64,000 nt of DNA, taken from the NCBI GenBank assembly GCA_000092065.1, contig CP000594.1. One strand, given 5' to 3'. Positions 41,301-50,384 of the stretch are shown piece after piece. The first letter of the stretch is position 1, and every line of letters begins with the position of its first letter. Both the position numbers and the translations under genes were made by a program. Origin of the DNA: Ostreococcus lucimarinus (lineage: Eukaryota). The notes under the pieces were generated by a model, which was given only the letters and a program-made list of their open reading frames with translations, made no database searches and was not told the DNA's origin.

Positions 41301-44300
41301 GTGACTCAGATGGACTCAATGTTTTACGGTGCTTCAGCCTTCAATTATGACATCACTGGTTGGAGTTCAGCAAGCCTTACGTCGTCGGCGAGCATGTTTC
41401 TCGACGCGCCGGCTTGGCTGGCGAGGTACAAGAACACCGTCGCCTCTGGTAGCAAAAATGGGCCATCGTCGAACTGGCTCGGTCCCGGTCCGTTCACGAC
41501 CAAGTCGGCGTTGGAGACCGCTACATGGAACTGCTTGGCGGGGAGCGCCGATGCCGATGGCAACTGCGACTGTACGACCGTCGATTGTGGCGCGGCGGTG
41601 TATGAATCGATTTCGAACTGGAACACGAGTTTGATCACGGACATGACCGGTTTGTTTGAAGGTAAGTCTTCATTCAACGCGAATATCGGCGGATGGAACA
41701 CGGGGAGCGTCACAAACATGCACCAGATGTTTAACGGCGCGACTGCTTTCAACCAAGACATCGGTTCTTGGGATGTCTCGGATGTAGCGGACATGTATCA
41801 AATGTTCGGTAGCGCGTCGTCGTTCAATCAAAACATTGGGTCGTGGAACACAGGCAGTGTGACGGATATGAGCGGTATGTTCATGAATGCATCTGCGTTT
41901 AACCAGCCCGTTGGTGACTGGAACACAGGCAGCGTCGTGGATATGAGCGGCATGTTTGAGAGCGTGTCTGCGTTTAACCAGCCCATTGGTGAGTGGAACA
42001 CAGGTAGCGTGGCGGATATGAACGGTATGTTCAGGAGCGCATCCGCGTTTAACGAGCCCGTTGGTGCATGGAACACAGGCAGCGTGACGGATATGAGCGG
42101 CATGTTTGAGAGCGTGTCTGCGTTTAACCAGCCCATTGGTGAGTGGAACACAGGTAGCGTGGCGGATATGAACGGTATGTTCAGGAGCGCATCCGCGTTT
42201 AACCAGCCGATTGGTGAGTGGGCCACAGGAAGCGTGGCGGATATGAGCGGCATGTTTGAGAGTGCATCCGCGTTTAACCAGCCGATTGGTGAGTGGGACA
42301 CAGACAGCGTGACGGATATGAGCAGCATGTTTGAGAGCGCGTCTGAATTCAATTATAACATCACTGATTGGAGTTCAGCTAGTCTCACGACGGACATGTT
42401 TCTCGATGCGACAGCTTGGCTGGGAAGATTTGCACGCAAAGATGGCGAAGACACCACTGATGGCCCACCATCCAAGTGGGGCGAACCGTGTGGCAATGAG
42501 TGGTACGATGCGACCTTTGAGGAGAAGTGTGAGCCAAGAGTGAACGGGATTGAAGTGAAAGGATGCAATTCTACGTGCGGGATAAAAGACAACTGGCGGT
42601 GCGACAATTTCGACTTGCTACGCCCCCCCGGTGATGACTTAGATAGCTACAATTGTACGTGCGACAACCCGGCGGGCACGTACGCATCGCCTGATCTTGA
42701 TTGTGCTCGCACAGATTGCATTTACGGCGAGCGGTGTCTCGCTAACGGCCTAGGCTGTGCGCCCGGTGCCGGTGGAAACGCATGCGACCGGTGTTTGACG
42801 GCCGCTGATATTGCCGAGCTTCCACTCAACGAACGAAGTCTCAGCAAGAATGGCTATTACAAGACTGGGCAGATGTGCACGGCTTGTCCAGAGACATCGG
42901 CTGGTCAACTTTTCGCTGCGGCTGCGGTTGTCGTCGTCCTCGCTTTTTGTGGTTTCAAAGCCTCTCAATTGATGGGCGCTCAAGCGACGAACAATTTGAA
43001 GAAAATTGTCGAGTCGCTGCAGTTCTTCTCTCTTTCGCTCAGTATGAGTATCAAGTGGCCTGGACCCGTACTCAATCTCGGTAAATATTTGGAAGCTTTC
43101 ACGTTCAGTATTGAGTTTCTACGACCCGAATGCGTCGCTACGGGGCTGAATTGGCTCAATATATTTTTGTCCTCAGTGTTTTTCGTTCCCGCTCTCATCT
43201 TCATAATCATCGTCGTGAACAATAGACGGGCGAAGCACCGTTACAAAACAACGGTGCGCGCGATCGACAGTGAACGACACGAGGATGGCGAAACAGTCTA
43301 CTGGATCAAGAAACCAGGTTTCTTGTGGGGTACGCGGAGAGCTTACGAGTCCAAGGGTGGAGATAAGATTGTTCGCGAGTTGCAGCGCCAGTATCGGTTT
43401 CGAGCCGCGCTTCGATCTTTCGGCGTACTGTCGCTGACCGTCCTATACCTTCCCATCGTGCGTATGTGCCTTCAGTCATACGATTGCATAAAGATAGACG
43501 GCGTGGATGGGCTTCGATTGGAGCATGACATAGATATCCTCTGTGAAAGCGAAGGGCACGTGATCATCCAGGCCGCCGCCGCGGTGATGTTGGCCATTGT
43601 CGGTATCGGCATGCCAATTTACGTCATAATGCAAGTTCGTAAGATCCGTTTGAGCGGTAAACTGGATGATCCACAGACTATCGACTCGTATGGTCCGTTC
43701 TACGACGTCTACCGGCGCGAGGAGCTCACACACGATCACAAATTGGAGATTGCGAGCATTCGACAAACCGCGGTCGAGTCGTCCTCATTTCGACGAGGCG
43801 AAGGCACGAGCGACGAACGTCCTTTCGATGCAGCAACTGATGATATTGCAGAAGAAATCGCAAATGAAGCCAGGGTCGATACGGAAGAAGATTCAAGCGA
43901 CGTTGATCGTGTTGACGTCGAGGACGATAGTGATACTCCACCACCTCAGAAAGTTGCATCCGGTCTCGGTAAGCTCGCTCGGGCGTTAACGATGACGAAG
44001 TCTGCTTTAGGCCGGACGACGTCAGCGAAAGCGCGCGAACGGGCACATCGAATGCACTGGAAGGACAGGTTCGCGCTTCACTACCTGGCCGTTGAACTAG
44101 TGCAGAAGAGTTGCGTCATTTTGACGACGTCTCCGCTAGTGGCCGAAACCGCGGTGAGCGGTTGGGCTCTGGTTGTCGTACACTGGTTTACCGGCGCCTT
44201 CGTCTACGTGTGTCAGCCTTGGCGCATCATGACGCTCGGCTTCGGCAAATACAAGGTGCGAAATTGCTTAAACAAAGTCGAGTCCTTGGCTGGATTTTTG

Positions 44301-44597
44301 CAGGGCGTGGGACCGTTCTTGGCGATGATCTTCCCTGTTCAGAGAAACGAGTTGGGCGAGGTGAAGCAAACTGTGACACTCTCAGCCATAACTGTCCTGC
44401 TGACCATCATAATCACCGGGCTGCTTTCTATTCGTATCATTGTTTTCGTCGGCGAACGCGTCGCCGTCAAACGAAAGAAGATGGACATTGACAAGGATCC
44501 CGAGAAATGCATGCAAAATGTTCACAAACAACTGGTCAAGCTCGCAACCAACAGAGCGATTGTGAGCATGTTGCTTTCAAGGCAGATTTCGACATAA
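38367..44597 (+). CDS. Giant (~2,076 aa) membrane protein. It has a signal peptide, >30 DUF285-type repeats (F-x-x-A-x-x-FNQ-x-I-x-x-W-N/D-T-x-x-V-T-x-M-x-x-MF), Cys-rich EGF-like modules, a multi-TM C-terminal region and an acidic tail.
   Basis: The track ORF starts at GTG 37875. The signal peptide [19 protein letters not shown] begins at ATG 38367. Example repeats: [33 protein letters not shown]…, [20 protein letters not shown]…. TMs [68 protein letters not shown]. Confidence 0.65.
   Translation: [2076 protein letters not shown]
39961..41976 (+). repeat. 1008-bp x2 near-identical (>99%) in-frame tandem duplication (336 aa = 13 DUF285 units) inside DUF285 gene 1
   Basis: ORF pairs are offset by exactly 1008 nt (40321..40626/41329..41634; 40337..40786/41345..41794). 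A direct read of 39961-40180 versus 40969-41188 shows 1-2 differences. Confidence 0.85.
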
Positions 44598-46399
44598 AGC
44601 GCCGTAAAGCACGCGCGAGGCTGGAAGATACCCGCCAAGCGATGTTATCGCGCATCGATATCTTGAAGTCACAACAGACCGACGAGGACCATTCCGATAA
44701 AATTACCGCGTTGTACGAAGTGGCGAATGAAATGGCACACATCGTGAATACGATCGTACCCCAAGCACCCCCAACCGGTCCCAACGCAGAAGGGTCTATC
44801 GAATTGCTGGATGAACAACTGGCATCAATTCTCAAGGACGTCGACGTCCGAGCGCGGGCGAACGCGTTAGATGCCCCAAATTCTGCGGCAGTACATATCG
44901 TGATGAAAGTCCACGCGTTCGATACAATCATATGTCGACTTGACGAACATTTGCTCGAATTCGCGGCGGCAGAACTTGTGAGTGAGCTTGCCGAGCTGGG
45001 TCGAAGACACGCTGAATTACGACATACGCGAAGTTGTGTCGCGATAGGTTTCGGTGACGCAGAGCTTCGAGCTACTTTCGATGCGCTACGATCGTCTATC
45101 GAGACACTTCGCCATGCCGTTGAGAACGACGACTTCGAAGCTGTATTCACCACTTTGAATGGTGGGAAGGAGATCATTGATTCTCACTTACGATGGTGTC
45201 GGGATCAATGTGAATTGTTCAAGAGCGCCGAGGACGAGCACCCCGATTTCCTCGAGGACGAGCCTCCACTGACGACCAAGTTTTTCAAGGCGACAGTCAA
45301 GGTGATACAATCCCATGAAAAGCAACTGTCTAAATTCAAATCGGAGTGTATTCGTAACTGGCCCCCGCTTTTCAAGAACTTTGGCCGCGTCAAGTACATA
45401 CAAGGCTTTGCTGAGCAACTTCAGAATCAACTCCATCTCGATCTCAATGAAAGCACGCCGGAGGAGGCCAAGGCTGTTTTCGATCAGGTGTTGGCCTTCA
45501 CAGATGGCTTCGCGGTTTGGTGCGGCGATTTAGTGGCACAGGTCGAAGGCTCAGATGTCTTCATCTTGTTTGAGCCAATCGCCCGCGCGATGATGGAAAG
45601 CTTGAAAGCCATCAGAACAGACGCTGAGTCGCAAAGTGCACTCGCGAGGCAAGCATTGAGTATGATAGATTATGCGGTGACGCAACGGGCGTTGGCCGCA
45701 ACGACGCGATCGGGCTTGCAGACAGCACTCGCAGATGGTACGTCTGCGCTTGAAGACCAGCTCGCCGCAGAAATTGCACACATGGACGCTGCGAAGATTT
45801 CTCGAGAGACTACTTTCGAGACCGACAAGATGCGCATCGAGGAAGCTTTGACTACATCAGAGCAAGAGTCGGACGGTAGGCGAGCGGTTTTAGAGGATGA
45901 CATTCGATCGCAACAGGACACTATCGCGCGGCTACAAAACTTGAAACGGGAAGAGGCCGCGGCATCGAGCTCTATAAACCCGTTGAAATGGGAGCGTTTC
46001 AGTCGAAGCACTGAGCTCGCCGAAGCTGTAAGTGCACTCCGTATGAGCAAACAAAACTTGAAGAATGAAGAGCTTGCAAATGAGAAGGCCCGCGGGGATG
46101 CCCGTAAGGCTGTTCATTCGTTGGAACGGGGCCTGAAAAAGGACCTGGTCGAATGTGACGTCCGAGCAAAAAAAATCCGAGACGATGTGGCAAAGGAGCT
46201 GAAGAAACAAACTCTGGATGCTCAGAGGAAGACACCCGAAGACGCTAAAGCCCATAAGGCTAGTCTGGCTTCCAGGCGCGCGGTGTTCCAGCAACAACGC
46301 GCCGCCGCCAAACTCATCGCGAGCGAAAGTAGAGAAGCTACGCGAATCCAAGCACAGCTTGCATACTACATGCGAAATTTAAAGGCGCGCGAATCGTGA
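44507..46399 (+). CDS. Hypothetical coiled-coil protein (~590-630 aa), Gln/Glu/Ala/Lys-rich C-terminal half
   Basis: ATG confirmed at 44507, but it overlaps the previous gene's last 91 nt in another frame. The next in-frame ATG is ~44642 (MLSRIDILKSQQTDEDH…), just after that gene's stop. Either may be the real start. Confidence 0.4.
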   Translation: MHAKCSQTTGQARNQQSDCEHVAFKADFDIKRRKARARLEDTRQAMLSRIDILKSQQTDEDHSDKITALYEVANEMAHIVNTIVPQAPPTGPNAEGSIELLDEQLASILKDVDVRARANALDAPNSAAVHIVMKVHAFDTIICRLDEHLLEFAAAELVSELAELGRRHAELRHTRSCVAIGFGDAELRATFDALRSSIETLRHAVENDDFEAVFTTLNGGKEIIDSHLRWCRDQCELFKSAEDEHPDFLEDEPPLTTKFFKATVKVIQSHEKQLSKFKSECIRNWPPLFKNFGRVKYIQGFAEQLQNQLHLDLNESTPEEAKAVFDQVLAFTDGFAVWCGDLVAQVEGSDVFILFEPIARAMMESLKAIRTDAESQSALARQALSMIDYAVTQRALAATTRSGLQTALADGTSALEDQLAAEIAHMDAAKISRETTFETDKMRIEEALTTSEQESDGRRAVLEDDIRSQQDTIARLQNLKREEAAASSSINPLKWERFSRSTELAEAVSALRMSKQNLKNEELANEKARGDARKAVHSLERGLKKDLVECDVRAKKIRDDVAKELKKQTLDAQRKTPEDAKAHKASLASRRAVFQQQRAAAKLIASESREATRIQAQLAYYMRNLKARES

Positions 46400-46499
46400 T
46401 ATAGCGGTCGTCTACGAGGAATACACGCATAGTCTAAACATGACCATCCTGTTGGAGAAGGAGCTGAGTTTCCGCTTCGTTACGGATGAGATTGTCGCG

Positions 46500-47045
46500 A
46501 GGAGATGAGCCTTCAAATTCGGGGCGATGGCTCACAAATCAGGCAAGGGAAGACAGGTGCACGTGCAAACTCTCAGCGGAAAGAGTTCATCGTCTCGAAG
46601 ATCTCGGTGTTTGGTGAGACAAACTCGACACACAGCAGGAGCACTTCACTGCCTGAGTGTACAGAAGATGTAACTAGCCTGAAGCGTTCGACCGTTGAGA
46701 CCTCAAGTTTTGGTGCCCTCGCTTAAGATTTCTTCAGAATAGAATCTCTGAAAGCAAGGGATGCTCAAAGCAGCAAAAATGACTTCCTACTACGGGCCAC
46801 ACAGGACGCCGAGCCCGATTTCTCTGTGCGTTCCGACCCCCCTTAACAGCGGACCCTTGGGTCTTAAGAAATTTCAACCTTTAAGGTTATAGGTTATATA
46901 GGTTATAGGTTTATTTATAAAGTTTACATGTGACGTTTTTTTTCAAAAATGGAAAAAAAAGTGACGGAGAGAAAGTTCCTCACAGGACCTCCAACCACTA
47001 AACCCATAACCGGTCACTCTTCCTCGCCCCGTTCTTTGATACACG
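46500..47045. repeat. Dispersed repeat R, copy 2, inverted relative to 12440-12955
   Basis: See 12440-12955. Confidence 0.75.
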
Positions 47046-47261
47046 TTCGCCCCACGACGGTTCGACCTGAAATTTTTTTCGGTTTGGCTTCGAACCCGAG
47101 CTTGGTCAGCGCGCGTCCGATGAGCATCTTGCTCACGGTGCAGCCGTTAAAAATATCAACTTTTTTGTTTCAGTTGGGGCACCCCAACATGATAAAACGC
47201 TCATCGACGTTGATGTACCGCATGTACGATTTCTTCAGAACCAATCGTTCGAGTGAAGTGG

Positions 47262-47759
47262 TCAAACCAAGCCACGCAACTCATCTACCGTAAATTGATA
47301 CTTGTCGAGACTGCGCTTCGAAGGCAGCGTGCCGCGCGCTCGAGCATTCTTGAGACACGTCTTACGCAGTATTCTTTTCGCGTGCTGCTTGTAATAATTG
47401 AGTTGTCTGTAGTTACCATCGCCGCCGTCCCGCTTCGGCGTATATTGAGCTCTGCTGTAGGCCAGACTCTCGTCCACGTTCTCGTGGCACGCGTGTTTCC
47501 GACTGCGTCCAGGAACTCGGGAGTTGAATACGCCGTCGCGCTTCTCTCTCATGTATGCACTTTTACGTTGACGGAGCTCTCCAGCTGGAATGTCCTTTTC
47601 GAGAACTCTCACGTCCGCGTCGCCAAACGTGAAGATTGGATGCCGTGCGTATTTATGCGAGGCAAGGCGCGCTCTGAGCGAACCTGTCGTCGATCCGATG
47701 TACGTTTTGTCACATTTCGCATTATCGCTAAACATTTCGTACACGCATCCCGACGGCAT
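47262..47759 (-). CDS. GIY-YIG nuclease (165 aa), element copy B
   Basis: ATG confirmed. CVYEMFSDNAKCDKTYIGSTTGSLRARLASHKY…. Confidence 0.6.
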   Translation of the reverse strand: MPSGCVYEMFSDNAKCDKTYIGSTTGSLRARLASHKYARHPIFTFGDADVRVLEKDIPAGELRQRKSAYMREKRDGVFNSRVPGRSRKHACHENVDESLAYSRAQYTPKRDGGDGNYRQLNYYKQHAKRILRKTCLKNARARGTLPSKRSLDKYQFTVDELRGLV

Positions 47760-48182
47760 TTGTCCTGGTTACCTGTCTATCCCTAAGAAAATATTGTTGT
47801 CAAAAGTCCTCCTGCTGCGGTTTGCAGTCGCATTCGAGAGACCGTATCGCTGCGTGGGCTGCAAGGTCTGGGATGTAGATATCGAACCGCCCGATTTCAC
47901 ACCTGGACGTTCGTGATCCGTCGAGACCTGACGAAATGACGAACTTGTTTTGTCGTCCCGAAATTCGTCAGCCCGTCGTTCGGTCACACTTTGTGTGTAC
48001 CAATGATGAAAATGACGAAATGTTAAAATATTTTAATGTTTATTTTTATTTTAGATCTACGACAAGCAACAGTGTAGACCTTTATGAAAACAGTTCGTCA
48101 TTCGTCATTTCGTCAGGATCCAAACCATGGTCTTTTCGGTGTCTTGTTGAGTCTTCATATTGCAAATGTACGAATCACAAAA

Positions 48183-50384
48183 TTAGTATGAACACCAGAC
48201 GACCGCCGGCGCGAGCTCCGTCTCCCCCGTGTACCCATTGTTCTTCAGCCACTCGAAGCACCCGTCGCGGTCAATTTCCCAATAGACGCCATTCTCGTCC
48301 CTACCTTGCCTCAGGTGGTCCTCGCGCATTGGGATCCTGTGGCCCTTTTCCTTCTTGAAGAAGTCCTTGAGCTTATTGCCGACCCTGGTCGCGCTATCTT
48401 GACCGCGCGTAGCCGCTGGCAACCACGTCTGGTATTCGATGAAGATGTCACTGTTGCGGATTTTATTTCCAACCCACTTCTCAGGGAATTCAACAGTGAC
48501 GCAATGCTCAAACCATCGAGTGAACTTGGGCATGCAGCCACGCTTCATTTCCGAATACGCGTCGGTCGTAGGTCTGTCTTTCACGTAGTCAAAAGTCGAT
48601 AGGTCGAGCCCCATGAGGTGGTCGTAGATCGCCCTCAAGTTCCTCAGATCCTTGATGTACACGTCGCGGAATTCCTTCAAGAATCCAGTCTGGTCGTTCA
48701 AGTGCGTGAGCAGTGGCTCCATAACGACGAACCGACGATCACTCATTTCCAGAAAAACGGGGTAGTCGTCGTTCGAGAAAAATAGGAACCCAACCAGATT
48801 CATGATGACGTACAGCTGCACGTGCTTCGGGTTGATTGTGAAACTCGTGTCCGTGAGCATCGATTTCAGCAACTTTCTATACATTTTCATGATGCACTCA
48901 TCTGCTTCGTTCAACGCGAGACACTTTTTGCCTTCAATCATGTTCGCATGCGTCCCAAATATGTCCTTTTTCGGATCAGCCGTCTCATGAAACGTCTTGC
49001 CCATGAGCGCATGAAGCAGGTGCAGGAAAGTGCCCTTGCCGGTACCTTGGACTCCTCGAAACACGAGCGACGTGATCGGCTTCTCTTCGGGTCTCTGGAA
49101 GAGACACGCGAACCAATTCAAAGCGTACTCGAGCGCATTTTCTGAACCGCCACATAGCACCAGGAGGAGCTCGAGGAAAGGCTTTACGTCGCCCTCTTTG
49201 CCCAGTTCACTGGGGATGCCTTCGACCGGATAGCCTCGCCACAGATTGTACGTCTTGTTGCTGCAGTTTTTCGGGACGACATCGAGGGTATCGTACACCC
49301 GTTTATTGTCGTCGTCGAGCCACTTTTCGATGAACCCGTTCTTCTTGCCTTTCCTCAAGACACCGTTCTCATCGACAAAGGAGAGTTCTCGATAGCGCCT
49401 CACCAAAGCGGCCTCGCTGAACTTGGTAATGTCCCCGGTGGTTCCATAACAGCTATCGTCGCAGAAGAGGTCCTTGGTTAAGATCTTTGCGACGTGCTTC
49501 TCGAACTCACGGCGGACCTCGATGTAGCCCGCAGACGTGCCCTCTTTGATTTCGTTCTGCTCCTTTTCGGTGATACCGGTCACCAAACACCCAACCTCAA
49601 AGCGAAACTGTCTGGGCTTGCAGTTGCCATGGTTTTTCACGGTGAGCACGCCGAGACCGACCTCGGCGACGTAAAAGTGATTCCCACCGCCCCTTCCATT
49701 GCCTTCGTGGAAGCCCCCACAGCAAGGACATTGGCCCACAGTGGTGCCTCGCTGTGGGCGACATTGGTCGCATTCAAAATCATACGATGTCGCTCCACTG
49801 AGCCAATGTATGCCCGTGAACCCCATTTCCTCGAGCAAAGGTGTCACAGATGCTTGCGTAAAGCTGCACTCCGTGTCCGCGCGTTCGACCTTGTGACCGA
49901 CTTTGCCATCAAGGAAACTGTACAAATCGTTGGGCATCGGTGGTAAATTGTTGATGTCGCCTCGGAGTAGCTCGTAGCCCGGGGCATCGGCACCGACCAC
50001 GTAGTTACCCGTCGTACGGATATCGACGAACCCTTCGATGCCCACCGTGCCTTTCCAATCGCCGAATCGTTCTTCGTCCCATGCGAAGTACGTGTGGTAC
50101 CCGCCTGATCGCGTTTTGACGATGTACGCGCCTTCCCCGCCAACCTTGCGCGTCAACATTTCTTCCGTCAGTTCAAACTCGCACTTGCCACCGTAACAAT
50201 CCCAGTCGATGACGAGGACACGGTTCGGTCGCCCTGTCAGCACGCCGTACATTTCTCCTGGGATGACTTTCTGCGTATTCTGTTCATAGTTTGCTTCATC
50301 GAGGAACCCTCTGCCGCATGTTGGCTCCTTGTTCTGGTCGAGTGGGATCAGATGCATGCCGTTCGTAAATTCTCTGGCGTCCAT
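48183..50384 (-). CDS. Primase-helicase. N-terminal bifunctional Prim-Pol domain plus Cys-rich Zn-binding segment, central/C-terminal D5-like SF3 helicase (Walker A GVQGTGKGT, Walker B LALNEADE, motif C FFSND), ~733 aa.
   Basis: The track start 50393 is a GTG. The ATG is at 50384 (MDAREFTNG…). Prim-Pol motifs VLVIDWDCYGG (DxD), RSGGYHTYF (sGGxH), VDIRTTGNYVVG. Zn segment CDQCRPQRGTTVGQCPCCGGFHEGNG. Confidence 0.75.
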   Translation of the reverse strand: MDAREFTNGMHLIPLDQNKEPTCGRGFLDEANYEQNTQKVIPGEMYGVLTGRPNRVLVIDWDCYGGKCEFELTEEMLTRKVGGEGAYIVKTRSGGYHTYFAWDEERFGDWKGTVGIEGFVDIRTTGNYVVGADAPGYELLRGDINNLPPMPNDLYSFLDGKVGHKVERADTECSFTQASVTPLLEEMGFTGIHWLSGATSYDFECDQCRPQRGTTVGQCPCCGGFHEGNGRGGGNHFYVAEVGLGVLTVKNHGNCKPRQFRFEVGCLVTGITEKEQNEIKEGTSAGYIEVRREFEKHVAKILTKDLFCDDSCYGTTGDITKFSEAALVRRYRELSFVDENGVLRKGKKNGFIEKWLDDDNKRVYDTLDVVPKNCSNKTYNLWRGYPVEGIPSELGKEGDVKPFLELLLVLCGGSENALEYALNWFACLFQRPEEKPITSLVFRGVQGTGKGTFLHLLHALMGKTFHETADPKKDIFGTHANMIEGKKCLALNEADECIMKMYRKLLKSMLTDTSFTINPKHVQLYVIMNLVGFLFFSNDDYPVFLEMSDRRFVVMEPLLTHLNDQTGFLKEFRDVYIKDLRNLRAIYDHLMGLDLSTFDYVKDRPTTDAYSEMKRGCMPKFTRWFEHCVTVEFPEKWVGNKIRNSDIFIEYQTWLPAATRGQDSATRVGNKLKDFFKKEKGHRIPMREDHLRQGRDENGVYWEIDRDGCFEWLKNNGYTGETELAPAVVWCSY

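Noticed and set aside
39804-42607. Multiple minus-strand ORFs inside DUF285 gene 1 (39804..40190, 40337..40786, 40662..41198, 41345..41794, 41828..42352, 42353..42607)
   Set aside because: They are antisense translations of the DUF285 repeat array and are duplicated exactly with the 1008-bp tandem copy.
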